Below the pieces are notes generated by a model. It was not told the origin of the DNA and made no database searches. It was given only the letters and a program-made list of their open reading frames with translations. Below are positions 20,129 to 29,797 of a DNA stretch of 64,000 bases, piece after piece; the first letter of the stretch is position 1; every line of letters starts with the position of its first letter. The DNA comes from an uncultured delta proteobacterium (GTDB taxonomy: Bacteria; Myxococcota_A; Polyangia; Polyangiales; Polyangiaceae): contig CAVQUB010000015.1 of the NCBI GenBank assembly GCA_963716725.1, positions 320,001-384,000 of the forward strand. The letters are read 5' to 3'. Position numbers and translations under genes: made by a program.

Positions 20129-20189
20129 ACTTCGCGCCGGCGCCGCCGAAGACCTGGAAATTCGGCGCGGACCACCCGATTGGCTGGGG
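20129..20189 (+). repeat. Direct repeat copy 2 (orphan gene 3' end)
   Basis: Encodes HFAPAPPKTWKFGADHPIG versus YFEPVPPKAWKFGANKPTG in copy 1. Confidence 0.8.
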
Positions 20190-20239
20190 CGGTGGCCCCG
20201 CGTTGGCGCCAGGTGCTCGCCGCCGCTATCCTTCGCGAC

Positions 20240-21394
20240 GTGAGCGTTGGGCAGCGCCGACCGGCGAGCGTGTGGTTGCTGATGGCGGCGGGGATCGCCA
20301 CCATCGTCGCCGCGTCGTGTGCGGAGTCCGAAGGCATCGACGGCTCGACGCCGGTGGGCGGCGCCGGCGGCGGCACGGGGGACGCGAGCGTCGGTGGGAG
20401 CGGTGCCTTCGGAGGCGCGCCGACCGGGGGCGCGGCGGGCGCACCAATCGGAGGCAGCGGCGGAGCCACGGGTGGCGGCGGCAGCGGCGGAGCGACCGGC
20501 GGCAGCGGCGGCACGACCGGCGGCAGCGGCGGCACGACCGGCGGCAGCGGCGGAGCGACCGGCGGCAGCGGCGGCACGACCGGCGGCAGCGGCGGAGCGA
20601 CCGGCGGCAGCGGCGGCACGACCGGCGGCAGCGGCGGAGCGACCGGCGGCAGCGGCGGCACGACCGGCGGCAGCGGCGGAGCGACCGGCGGCAGCGGCGG
20701 AGCGACCGGCGGCACTGGCGGCACTGGCGGCACCGGAGGCAGCGGAGGCTGTCCCATCAAGAGCTACGACTTCACGGATTGCACCGGATGGACGGCGTCG
20801 GGCGCCAAGAGCGATTGGCAGTGCGGTGTGCCGTCAGTGGGTCCACCGAACGGGGACCACACTGGGGGAGGCAAGTGCTGGGGCACCAAGCTCACCGGCA
20901 ACGCCACCAACTGCCAGGACTCCACGCTGACTTCGCCGGTGGTGAACCTCTCGGCCGACAGCGGCAAGGCTCTGCGGCTCAGGTTCTGGCACTACTACGA
21001 CTTCCGGGCCTGTGTTCCGGGCAGTCTCTGCGGCTTCGTCTGCGCCCTCGAGAAGAGCACGTACTCCGGTGGCGTTGTCGAGGTCACGACCAACGGTTCG
21101 ACCTGGACCAAGGTCGCACCGTCCGGCGGCTACAACGGCCCGGCCATCGAGTGCTACTCGACGGACTCGGACGGCGGAACGACCTGCGCGCCCTGCGCCC
21201 TCGATGGACAGGTCGGCTTCGGCGGCAAGGCGGCGGGCTGGGAGTTGGTCGAGATCGACATCTCGAGCTACGCCACCGCCACCTTCCAAGCGCGGTTCCA
21301 CTTCGCGAGCTACGGAACCGAGTTCCTCTGCCATCCGGACAAGCCGGGTTGGTACGTCGACGACGTGTCGATCGTGAAGCTCAGCTGTCCGTGA
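20240..21394 (+). CDS. Lipoprotein with Gly-rich tandem repeat and C-terminal beta-sandwich domain
   Basis: Lipobox AASC; LTSPVVNL, GWYVDDV motifs; start uncertain. Confidence 0.7.
   Translation: MSVGQRRPASVWLLMAAGIATIVAASCAESEGIDGSTPVGGAGGGTGDASVGGSGAFGGAPTGGAAGAPIGGSGGATGGGGSGGATGGSGGTTGGSGGTTGGSGGATGGSGGTTGGSGGATGGSGGTTGGSGGATGGSGGTTGGSGGATGGSGGATGGTGGTGGTGGSGGCPIKSYDFTDCTGWTASGAKSDWQCGVPSVGPPNGDHTGGGKCWGTKLTGNATNCQDSTLTSPVVNLSADSGKALRLRFWHYYDFRACVPGSLCGFVCALEKSTYSGGVVEVTTNGSTWTKVAPSGGYNGPAIECYSTDSDGGTTCAPCALDGQVGFGGKAAGWELVEIDISSYATATFQARFHFASYGTEFLCHPDKPGWYVDDVSIVKLSCP
20477..20707 (+). repeat. 21-bp coding tandem repeat, 11 units (GGSGG[A/T]T)
   Basis: Units GGCGGCAGCGGCGGAGCGACC and GGCGGCAGCGGCGGCACGACC. 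Confidence 0.9.
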
Positions 21395-21398
21395 GCGA

Positions 21399-21815
21399 TC
21401 AGCTCCGGGACGATCCGCGCTTCACCGTGCGGCGTTCAGTGGCCGCCCGACGTTCCACCCCGCCTGGTGGCGGCGGCTTCGTCGCCGTCGGCGCCGCGGT
21501 CCGTCTGCGTTCCGTGTGTCGGCGATCAGAGGTTCGCCGCTCTGCCCCGGCGCGGCGATCGCCTGGGGGGGCGCACTCGGCGCATAGATCGGTCAGCGTG
21601 AGCGACCGCCGTCCGGCGATCGCGGCGTGGTTCGCGCACAGCACGACGAAGCCGTCGCGCAACTTGTGCCGGCGCAGCACGCGCAGATCGGCGATGCCGC
21701 ACACCGCACAGGGCTTGGCGACAGCGTGACCGCGCTGCGCGCGGCGGTAGCACGCCGGACAGCAACCGCGGCGTGGTCGGTCGGTGGGTCGTCCGCAGGA
21801 CGCGCAGGCTTGCAT
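21399..21815 (-). CDS. Small Zn-finger-like protein with (D/E)RR repeats
   Basis: ATG at 21815; CASC, CCPAC, CAVC, CANH, CAEC; six DRR/ERR motifs. Confidence 0.6.
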   Translation of the reverse strand: MQACASCGRPTDRPRRGCCPACYRRAQRGHAVAKPCAVCGIADLRVLRRHKLRDGFVVLCANHAAIAGRRSLTLTDLCAECAPPGDRRAGAERRTSDRRHTERRRTAAPTATKPPPPGGVERRAATERRTVKRGSSRS

Positions 21816-21866
21816 GGCCCCTCGATCTATCGCGGAAACTGCCGCCGATCTCAAGTCCTTCGCGGG

Positions 21867-21902
21867 GTGCCCAGAGTCGGAATCGAACCAACGACACGCG
21901 GA
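21867..21902 (-). repeat. att-like duplicate of the tRNA-Phe 3' half
   Basis: 36/36 identical to 22843-22878. Confidence 0.95.
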
Positions 21903-22020
21903 GGGGGTGACTCGGACTTCGCCTTGGCTCCCGGAGACGGCTCGGGGCGCGCTAGAAAACCGCTGGACTTCACCGGTGACTTGCGTTTTCCTCAACCCGC
22001 GACCACGCTTGGAGGGTGAC

Positions 22021-22305
22021 TTGGCACACCGACTCGACCCGACGGAGGCGATCGACGCCGCGCGCACCGCGGTGCTCACGGGCCGGACGCGCGTGTCGGA
22101 TGTAGCCGAGGACCAGATGGCGCGGCTCTTCTGGACTGCGGCGGACGTGGAGCGCGCGATCCGCAACGCAACGGCCGCCGAGGCCATCGCGCCGCCTGAG
22201 TGCTGGCGTCTCGCCGGAGGCACAACGCCCGACGGTGAACCGGCGGTGATCGAGATCGATGTAACGGACCGCTTCGTTCGCATTCTCAGCGTGGCGCGGG
22301 CGTAG
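22021..22305 (+). CDS. Putative toxin (DUF4258-like)
   Basis: GGAGG before a TTG start; 94 aa; pattern QM...ADVERAI...W.L.GG..DG....I.I....RILSV; directly upstream of an HTH gene. Confidence 0.5.
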   Translation: MAHRLDPTEAIDAARTAVLTGRTRVSDVAEDQMARLFWTAADVERAIRNATAAEAIAPPECWRLAGGTTPDGEPAVIEIDVTDRFVRILSVARA

Positions 22306-22314
22306 GAGGCACAC

Positions 22315-22710
22315 ATGGCAAAGAAGATCACCAAGGTTGGGCGATACCGCGTCGAGGATGCATCGCGCCCGTACACGGCCGGCGAGGAGCTTTCGCTGCG
22401 CCAGCTTGCCGGCTACGAGCGACGGGCCGCGCGCACGATTCTGCGGGACGTGAAGGGCGTCGAGCCCGAGGTGCTCCGCTACGCGCGCAAAGCCATCGGG
22501 CTCACGCAACCGCAACTGGCCGAGCTCTTCGGGGTCAGCCCGGAAACAGTCTCGCGCTGGGAAACCGGCGCCGACCCGTTCAAGCCCTTCGTGCAACTGG
22601 CGCTCGCCACGCTTGTTGACGTGGCAGAGGCGGCCGGCGGCGAAGACCTCGGATCTCGGCTACAGCGCCCGGTGCCGGCCGATGGCACGATCACGCTGAA
22701 AGCGAGCTGA
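22315..22710 (+). CDS. XRE/Cro HTH protein, MqsA/HigA-like putative antitoxin
   Basis: AGGAGG RBS; LRYARKAIGLTQPQLAELFGVSPETVSRWETG. Confidence 0.85.
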   Translation: MAKKITKVGRYRVEDASRPYTAGEELSLRQLAGYERRAARTILRDVKGVEPEVLRYARKAIGLTQPQLAELFGVSPETVSRWETGADPFKPFVQLALATLVDVAEAAGGEDLGSRLQRPVPADGTITLKAS

Positions 22711-22843
22711 GCAAGCAAGCGCCCCGCAGGCTGGCAGGCCCCGGGGCGCGAACAGGGAAGGCGATCCGATGCCGCGGTGCCGGAACTCGCTGACTCGGGG
22801 TCACCCGCGGGGCAGAACTGCCCCACAGCTGCCCCACCGATCG

Positions 22844-22916
22844 TGCCCAGAGTCGGAATCGAACCAACGACACGCGGATTTTCAATCCGCTGCTCTACCA
22901 ACTGAGCTATCTGGGC
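22844..22916 (-). tRNA. tRNA-Phe(GAA), CCA not encoded
   Basis: GCCCAGATAGCTCAGTTGGTAGAGCAGCGGATTGAAAATCCGCGTGTCGTTGGTTCGATTCCGACTCTGGGCA; full cloverleaf. Confidence 0.97.
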
Positions 22917-23050
22917 GGCGGGAGCGAGCTATTAGCGCACCCGGGGCGGGCTGTGCAATCTCTCGAGGCGCCCCAGGCGCGATTTGTGGTGATTCTCGGC
23001 GCTTCGATGCGCGTCTGAAAAGGGCGTCGTTCTGGTATCCTGCCGTTCCC

Positions 23051-24127
23051 GTGGCGAGCCTTGCACCTGGATCTGGCGGAAACCCGTATTCGAGCGAGTC
23101 CTATCTGCACCAGCTCCTGGCGAAGGCGGTGGCAGCCGGCGCCCGGGACGTTCACCTGAAGGTCGGCCAGCCGCCGGGGGCCCGGGTGAGGGGCTCGCTG
23201 GTGTATTTCCGCCTCGATCGCATCCGCCCGCAGGACACCGAGGCCGCGGCGCGCCACATCATCCGCGACCCGGCGTTGCGCGACGATCTGGACCACCTGA
23301 CCGAGTTCGACACCTCGTACGCGGCGCCTGACATCGGCCGCTTCCGCGTCAACATCTACCGGCAGCGCGGCACCCTCGCCATCGTGATGCGCGCCATCCC
23401 CTTCGAGATCCCGTCGCTGGAGGACATTCGGGCGCCTAGCGCGTGCAAAGAGCTCGCGGAGCGCGACCGCGGGCTCGTGCTCGTGGTCGGTGCGGCCGGC
23501 AACGGCAAGAGCACGACGCTGGCGGCGATGATCTCCCACATGAACCACAACATGTCGCGGCACATCGTCACCATCGAAGATCCCATCGAATACCTGCACA
23601 ACGACGATCGCTGCTCGGTCAGCCAGCGTGAGCTGAACCTCGACACCGCCAGCTTCGCCGATGCGCTTCGCGCATCGCTGCGCCAAGATCCCGACGTGAT
23701 TCAGGTCGGCGAGATCCGAGATCCGGAGACCATGGAAATCGCACTCAAGGCGGCGGAGACCGGCCACTTGGTGCTCTCGACCCTGCACACGCCCGACGTG
23801 TCGCGCACGGTCAACCGCGTGATCGCCCTCTCCGGAGGGGATCCGGCGGAGGTCCGCGAGCGCCTCGGCGACGCGCTCCAGGGCGTGATCGCGCAAAGGC
23901 TTCTGCCGCGGGCGGACGGGCAAGGCATGGTGCTCGCCGCCGAGGTCTTGATCGCCACGGGCATCGTGCGCGAGGCCATCAAGCGCCCAGCGGGCAACCC
24001 CGCGCTCAAGGATCTGATGGAAGGCGGCGACATGTACGGCATGCAGACCTTCGAGATGGCGGTGAAGGCCATGCTGCGCGAGAACGTGGTGGACAAAGAG
24101 ACCGCCCGCTCGGCCATCGGCTTCTGA
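23051..24127 (+). CDS. PilT/PilU-family type IV pilus ATPase paralog
   Basis: RFRVNIYRQRG, GAAGNGKSTT, TIEDPIEY, LRQDPDVIQVGEIRD, AETGHLVLSTLHT. Confidence 0.9.
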   Translation: MASLAPGSGGNPYSSESYLHQLLAKAVAAGARDVHLKVGQPPGARVRGSLVYFRLDRIRPQDTEAAARHIIRDPALRDDLDHLTEFDTSYAAPDIGRFRVNIYRQRGTLAIVMRAIPFEIPSLEDIRAPSACKELAERDRGLVLVVGAAGNGKSTTLAAMISHMNHNMSRHIVTIEDPIEYLHNDDRCSVSQRELNLDTASFADALRASLRQDPDVIQVGEIRDPETMEIALKAAETGHLVLSTLHTPDVSRTVNRVIALSGGDPAEVRERLGDALQGVIAQRLLPRADGQGMVLAAEVLIATGIVREAIKRPAGNPALKDLMEGGDMYGMQTFEMAVKAMLRENVVDKETARSAIGF

Positions 24128-24131
24128 GAAA

Positions 24132-24212
24132 TTGGTGCACCGCAACAAATCGGCTTGACGTTGGCCGTAGCGTGTGGGAAATTGGCTGCGGAAGCGTTGT
24201 TGCGCCGCAATA
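24132..24212 (+). promoter_or_regulatory. Candidate promoter flanked by two TGC-N3-GCA boxes
   Basis: TTGGTGCACCGCAACAA (24132-48) and TTGTTGCGCCGCAATA (24197-212) around TTGACG (24155-60). Confidence 0.5.
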
Positions 24213-24228
24213 CGCCTGGAGGAGAGCC

Positions 24229-24897
24229 ATGCAGCCCGAGAGCCCGCCGACGGCGCCGCCGTCGCCCACCCTGTCCTTTGCGGATCCCACGCCCCTCGGC
24301 CTAATCGCCCTGGCCATGGGCTGCGCGGCGCTATTGCCGCTGGCCTTCGGCGTGACGACCAGTCGCGCGGCGCTCGAGACCGGCGCAGTGTTCTGCATCC
24401 TGTTCGGTTGCGGCGGCCAGTTGCTCGCGGGCGTGTTGAACTTGGCGAACAAGAACCTGCTCGGCGGCACGGTCTTCACGGCGTTTGCGTTCAACTGGGC
24501 GGTCAACGCCTGGGTCTTGTGGTCCTTGTCGCGCGGGGCGCCGCCCGACCACCACGTGCTGTTGGCCACCGAGGCGGCGTCACTGGTCTTGTTCCTACCG
24601 CTGACCTACGCCTTTGGCTTTCACTCCAAGATCTTGTTCGCCTTCCTCCTGGACATCGACCTGCTCTACGTCTTCAAGCTCGCACGCGGCTACGGGCACG
24701 TGACGGGGCTCGAGACGCCCATCGCGCTGGCCACCCTGGGTCTGGGCGCGATCTCGCTCTACATCGCCCTCGCGATGCTGGTGAACCCCACCGCCGGACG
24801 CGCCGTCTTCCCGATCCCGGGGCCGCTGTTCGGGGCCAAGTCGCCGCTGCCCAGCGCCGGCGATGCCGCCAGCGTGGCGACGCGCGCCGTGGCCTGA
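24229..24897 (+). CDS. GPR1/FUN34/YaaH (SatP-like) acetate transporter
   Basis: GGAGG RBS; FADPTPLGL, GGQLLAG; about six TM helices. Confidence 0.85.
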   Translation: MQPESPPTAPPSPTLSFADPTPLGLIALAMGCAALLPLAFGVTTSRAALETGAVFCILFGCGGQLLAGVLNLANKNLLGGTVFTAFAFNWAVNAWVLWSLSRGAPPDHHVLLATEAASLVLFLPLTYAFGFHSKILFAFLLDIDLLYVFKLARGYGHVTGLETPIALATLGLGAISLYIALAMLVNPTAGRAVFPIPGPLFGAKSPLPSAGDAASVATRAVA

Positions 24898-24948
24898 GAT
24901 CCCGGGTCTTCTGGACCCGCTGGCGGTCCTGGTCTATGGCCACGCCCG

Positions 24949-25905
24949 ATGTCCGACGGTCTTCGCCACGACTACGCTCGCGCCGAGGTGCGCGCGATCC
25001 ACGACCTGCCGCTCTTCGAGCTCATCGACCGTGCGCGGGCGGTGCACGTCGCTCATCACCCGACGTCCGAGCTTCAGCTCTGCACCCTGCTCAGCGTGAA
25101 GACCGGCGGCTGTCCGGAAGACTGCGCCTACTGCCCTCAGTCGGCCCACTACAAGACGTCCGTCGATCGCGAGCAGCTGCTGGAGGTGGACGAGGTCATC
25201 GCAGCCGCCAAGCGCGCCCGCGAGGTCGGCGCGACGCGCCTGTGCATGGGCGCGGCCTGGCGCGAGGTGAAGGACGGACCAGCCTTCGAGCAGATCCTAG
25301 AGATGGTGCGCAAGGTGAAGTCCGAAGGGCTCGAGACCTGTGTGACCTTGGGCATGCTCACGGCGGAGCAGGCGCTCCGCCTGCGCGAGGCCGGGCTCGA
25401 CGCCTACAACCACAACCTCGACAGCTCGCCGGAGTTCTACCGATCCATCATCACGACGCGAACCTTCGATCAACGACTGGACACCCTGAAGCACGTGCGC
25501 GCCGCGGGCATCACGGTCTGCACCGGCGGGATCATCGGGATGGGCGAGGGCGTGGAAGATCGCTGCGCCATGCTGGTGGAGCTGTCGCGCCTCGACCCGC
25601 ACCCAGAGAGCGTGCCCATCAACGCGCTGGTGCGCGTCGCCGGCACGCCCCTGGAGAACATGCCGCCGGTCGATCCGCTGGATCTGGTGCGCATGGTGGC
25701 CACGGCGCGCATCCTGATGCCGCGCTCGCGCGTGCGCCTCTCGGCCGGGCGCACCGAGCTGGCGCGCGAGGCTCAGCTCTTGTGCATGTATGCCGGCGCC
25801 AACAGCATCTTCTACGGTGAGACGCTGCTCACCACGCCGAACCCCGGTCCGGACGCCGACGCCGAGCTGATGCGCTCGGCCGGGCTCAGCGCGGCTCCGG
25901 GCTGA
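24949..25905 (+). CDS. bioB: Biotin synthase
   Basis: [43 protein letters not shown]. Confidence 0.97.
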   Translation: MSDGLRHDYARAEVRAIHDLPLFELIDRARAVHVAHHPTSELQLCTLLSVKTGGCPEDCAYCPQSAHYKTSVDREQLLEVDEVIAAAKRAREVGATRLCMGAAWREVKDGPAFEQILEMVRKVKSEGLETCVTLGMLTAEQALRLREAGLDAYNHNLDSSPEFYRSIITTRTFDQRLDTLKHVRAAGITVCTGGIIGMGEGVEDRCAMLVELSRLDPHPESVPINALVRVAGTPLENMPPVDPLDLVRMVATARILMPRSRVRLSAGRTELAREAQLLCMYAGANSIFYGETLLTTPNPGPDADAELMRSAGLSAAPG

Positions 25906-27407
25906 GCGAAGGCGGCAGCCCCGGTCTTCTCCAGGTGCGTCACCCAGATGGTGCGCACGACCCGGCCGCCGCGGACGACGTTGACCTGGGACACGTCTCG
26001 CAGGACGCGACCCGGGAGATCTCGCTCGGGATCGACCCGGAACCGGCTGTCGTGCACGAAGATCAGGTGCCGAACGTCGGCCCAGTGGTCGCGCGGCAGC
26101 CAGTCGTCGAAATCGTCGCGGCGCGGGCCGTTGCAGCCCACCCGCACGCGACGCCCCAGGTGCGCCTGGACCTGGGCGCAGATCGTCCAGTGCGGTCCGA
26201 CCACCACCAGACCCTCGGCTTCGGCGGCCGAGCTCCGCGCGATGACGGCGTCGAGCAGCTCGCGGCCGGGCCCCCAAGCGTAGAGGTCGTTGGCGATGTC
26301 GTAGCGCGGGCGATAGGACTCGCCGAGCCAGCGCGGCGCGAGCGGCGTGCGGATCCAGAGCCAGGCGAAGGCGACCACCGCCACGCCCGTGATCACGCTG
26401 CCGCGGGCGAGCCGCGGCCCGACGATTTCTGTGCGACCGACCTGGATGGCCAGCGCGAGGTAGGTCGGCGCGAACCAGTGAGGTTCGGCGACGCGGGACC
26501 ACAGGCAGAGCAGTGCCAAGGGCAAGGTCGTGACGACCAAGCAAGTGAACAGCATGGCGCTCACGGCGTCTTCGCGACGTCGTCGGATCAGATCTCGCGT
26601 CACCAACACCGCGCCGAGCAAGAACGGCGGCGTGACGTAGGCGACTTGCCCGCCCACGAAGGCTCCCAAATTCCTGAGCGAGAAGCCGGCGGCGCTCTGG
26701 GTGGAGATCAGGCGGTGGCGCGCCATGGGCCAGCCTTGGCCCAGCTCGAAGAGGACCAGCGGTGCGATCAGGATCAGCGCGACGGCGAGGGCCGCCCACG
26801 GGGCCAGGGTGCGAAAGCGAGGGCGCAAATCCCGATGAAACGCGGCGGCGAGCAGGCTGATGCCGAGCAGCGCTCCGCTCAGCTTCGACAAGGTCGCGAG
26901 TCCTACCAGCGCGCCCACGCCGAGGGTGCAGATGAAGGCGGTGAAGCTCTGAGCGGGCGAGCGCGCCGCCCGCGCAAAGAGCCCGAGGGCGCCGAGCCAG
27001 GCGAGCGCCAGCGGCAGGTCTGGCGTCAGACCGAACAGGCCGATCGCGAGCTCGGGCACCCAGGTCAAGGTGAGCGCGACGGCGAGCGCGCCGCGCAGAC
27101 GTGCTCCCGCTGCAAGGCTCGCCAGCGCCCCGACCCAAGGCACCGCCGCCGCGAGGCAGGCCGTGAGCAGGTGAGTCGACAAGGGTGTCGGCGCCGCGCC
27201 ACGCCCGATCAGCCGCGCGATGGATCCGATGAGCCCCGGGTGATCGAGGTACGCTGGCTGCGGGAAGAGCGCGTAGCTCGCGTACAGCGCTTCGGAGTCG
27301 CCGAAGCCGGTCCCCACCGCCACGTGCGCGCGCAGCGCGAACAGCACCAAGGTCGAGACGATGGTCGCCGTCCACAGAGTCGTTTCGGTTGCACGACGCG
27401 GGGTCAT
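25812..27407 (-). CDS. GT39/ArnT-like polytopic glycosyltransferase
   Basis: [26 protein letters not shown]; many TM helices; ATG overlaps the lpxB stop. Confidence 0.8.
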   Translation of the reverse strand: MTPRRATETTLWTATIVSTLVLFALRAHVAVGTGFGDSEALYASYALFPQPAYLDHPGLIGSIARLIGRGAAPTPLSTHLLTACLAAAVPWVGALASLAAGARLRGALAVALTLTWVPELAIGLFGLTPDLPLALAWLGALGLFARAARSPAQSFTAFICTLGVGALVGLATLSKLSGALLGISLLAAAFHRDLRPRFRTLAPWAALAVALILIAPLVLFELGQGWPMARHRLISTQSAAGFSLRNLGAFVGGQVAYVTPPFLLGAVLVTRDLIRRRREDAVSAMLFTCLVVTTLPLALLCLWSRVAEPHWFAPTYLALAIQVGRTEIVGPRLARGSVITGVAVVAFAWLWIRTPLAPRWLGESYRPRYDIANDLYAWGPGRELLDAVIARSSAAEAEGLVVVGPHWTICAQVQAHLGRRVRVGCNGPRRDDFDDWLPRDHWADVRHLIFVHDSRFRVDPERDLPGRVLRDVSQVNVVRGGRVVRTIWVTHLEKTGAAAFAQPGAALSPAERISSASASGPGFGVVSSVSP

Positions 27408-28512
27408 GACAGCCACGGTGCGAGCAGGCGAGCGACGTGTTTGGAGCTCTCGGTGGCTCCGTCCGGGCACACCATCGCGCGGACGTCGCGGCAGGCGCGG
27501 ACGAAGGTGGCTCGATCGTCGAGCAAGCGTCCGGCCTCTTCGGCCAGCGCTTCGGCGCTGAATCGCCCTTGGAGCAGCTCGGGGAATACCGCCTCGCCGA
27601 GCACCAGGTTCGGCAGCCCGATGGTCTCCAGCGAGACGAGCCGTCTCGCAACCAGCTCGGTCAACGGTCCCACCCGGTAGCCGATCACCGGTGGGACCTC
27701 CGCGGCGACGCACTCGAGAGTCACGGTGCCGCTGGCTGCCAGCGCCGCGTCGAAGGCCGACAGCACGCTCGGAGCGCTCGACTCGACCACCGACACGCCG
27801 GCTGCGGTCGCAGCCCGTCCGATCCGATCGGCCACCTTGCGCGCCAGGGACGAGGCGACGATCACCCGCGCGTCGAGGGCGCCTCGGTCCGCGCGCAAGA
27901 GGGCTACCGCGTCGAGCATTGGCTCCAGGTGGCGGCCGATCTCCTCGGGGCGGCTGCCGGGAAGGATCGCGACGTACTCGGCCCAGGGCGCCAGCCCGAG
28001 GCGCTGCCGAACCGCGTCGCGCGGCGGTGCGGCGCGCTCGAAGGCGGGGTGCCCGACGTAGCTGGCGTCGACTCCATGGGCTTGCCAGAGCGCTTGTTCG
28101 AAGGGCAGCACGACCGCCATGCGATCGACGCTGCGGGCCAGGCTCGGGGCTCGACCGGGGCGCCAGGCCCAAACCTGGGGAGGCGCGTACCAGAGCACGC
28201 GCACGCCGCGCGATCGCAGCCGGGGAGCCAGCCAGGCGTTGAAGTCGGAGTAGCCGACGAGCAGCGCGGCGCGAGCGTGCCGGCTCTTGGCCTCGGACAG
28301 GAGCAGGTGCGCGGCCCGGGCGATGGCCGGTGCGCGCGCCACCACCGCGCCGACGCCCATGCCGGTGAGCGAGGGAGATCCACCAGCAAATCGACGCCCG
28401 CGGCCGCGAGGGCCCGACCGCCCAGTCCGAAGGCTGCCACGCCGAGCTCGCGCATGACCGGGGCCGCCATCGCGTCCCCGGAGCCCTCGCCCGCGGAGAC
28501 CAACAGCGTCAC
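27404..28512 (-). CDS. lpxB: Lipid-A-disaccharide synthase (frameshift near 28375)
   Basis: VSAGEGSGD in one frame; PPQVWAWR, VLPFE, VGHP, LPGSR, ASGTVTLE, LPN, PELLQ in the next. Confidence 0.9.
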
Positions 28513-28546
28513 GAGCGTGCTCCGCCCGACAGGCGGCGAGCGAGCA

Positions 28547-29701
28547 TCACTTCTTCGGCACGTTCGGACGGATCTGGTGGACGTTCACCGTGTTTGCGAA
28601 GATCTCCACGCTCTTCTCGGCGAACTTCACGGCCTCGGTGTCGCTCTCGCTGAGGCGGCCCCAGTACTCGATTCGGTACTTGTTGCCGGCCTTGGGCTGA
28701 CCGGCAGCGTTCGATGGGGCGTTGGCGATGACAAAGAGCGACTGGCGATAGTCCGTGTAAGCGCACTTCACGTTGGGCAACGAGCCGTCGAAGTAGACGT
28801 AGCGCACGTCGCGCTCGCAGCTGCCTGGTTCGAGCTCTTTGGTGGCGTCCTCGTCGAAGAACTTTACCCGAGCGCCGCCGACGTCGTCGCCGACGCAGTC
28901 GCGGATCGGGCCGGTGATCACGGCCAGATCTTCCGGCGGGCTCCAGCCGGCGAGGGTCACGACCGCGCTGGTGAGCTGCGCGTAGGTGTCCGGCGTGAGG
29001 GTGGCGCCCTCGACCTTCCCGGGCGCTGCTGGCACGTCGTAGCCGAAGCCGACGAACTCCTTGGCGACGCCGGGCTTCTCTTTGACGCGGTACGAGAGGT
29101 ACTTGCCCGCCGGGTGAGGGAAGTAGAACTCGCCGATGTTCAGGCCCGGTTCGCTCGTGTGGTGATCGGAGCCCTTGGTGAAATCGGTGAGGAAGGGCGT
29201 CTTGCCGAAGATCGTCTCGCCGTCGAAGAGCTCGACCTCGATGTCGGCCACGCCCTTGTCGCTCGAGAAATCCAGCACGGCGAACTTGTTCTTGTCGGCG
29301 TTGCTGCCCGCGTCGGTATCGCCTCCGTCGGTATCGCCCGCGTCGGAGGCTCCGCCGCCGGCGCCTGCGCTGCCGCCTGCTCCGCCGGTGCCACCGGTGC
29401 CGCCGGTGCCGCCGCCGCCCGTGAGGCAGGACCAGTCCGGGGCGATCAGCTTGTCGTTCGTGTCGCGCTTCTTCATCACCGGCAGCGTCGTGCCGCAGCA
29501 CTCCGGCGGAGCGCCGCCCTTGCAGGTGCCGGGGAAGCCCAGCGGCGTCGGCCCGCAGGTCCCGCCTTCGCTGCCGCCCTTGCCGCCGGTGTTGCCCCCA
29601 CCGCCGCCGCCGCCGCCGTCTTCGTCACCGCCGCATGCGTATGCCGCGAGCGACAGCGCGCCGGCCAGAACCACCCCCACCACCTTAGCTGCACGAATCA
29701 C
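28547..29701 (-). CDS. Hypothetical lipoprotein
   Basis: Lipobox AYAC, Gly-rich linkers. Confidence 0.7.
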   Translation of the reverse strand: MIRAAKVVGVVLAGALSLAAYACGGDEDGGGGGGGGNTGGKGGSEGGTCGPTPLGFPGTCKGGAPPECCGTTLPVMKKRDTNDKLIAPDWSCLTGGGGTGGTGGTGGAGGSAGAGGGASDAGDTDGGDTDAGSNADKNKFAVLDFSSDKGVADIEVELFDGETIFGKTPFLTDFTKGSDHHTSEPGLNIGEFYFPHPAGKYLSYRVKEKPGVAKEFVGFGYDVPAAPGKVEGATLTPDTYAQLTSAVVTLAGWSPPEDLAVITGPIRDCVGDDVGGARVKFFDEDATKELEPGSCERDVRYVYFDGSLPNVKCAYTDYRQSLFVIANAPSNAAGQPKAGNKYRIEYWGRLSESDTEAVKFAEKSVEIFANTVNVHQIRPNVPKK

Positions 29702-29797
29702 GCTGATGCCTCCGCGTTGTGCGAGCGACGAGCCCGCCGTCGCCCACGACGCTGAGGGTTCTAACAGATGCGCTGAGGTTCGGCACGCGCGCGATTT

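Larger units (their letters stand above)
21867..22878. mobile_element. Integrase-less mini-island at tRNA-Phe
   Basis: Bounded by the 36-bp tRNA repeat; 940-bp interior with two genes. Confidence 0.8.

Noticed and set aside
20477..20707. CRISPR array
   Set aside because: No unique spacers; it is an in-frame coding repeat, and there are no cas genes.
21867..21902. Second tRNA gene
   Set aside because: Only the 3' half is present; there is no D-arm or anticodon loop.
25812..25905. 94-bp convergent overlap between bioB and the GT39 gene as antisense control
   Set aside because: The overlapping tail is low-information; stop scarcity at high GC or an indel explains it.
27404..28512. lpxB pseudogene or programmed frameshift
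   Set aside because: One missing base near 28375 restores the gene; there is no slippery site and all motifs are intact.
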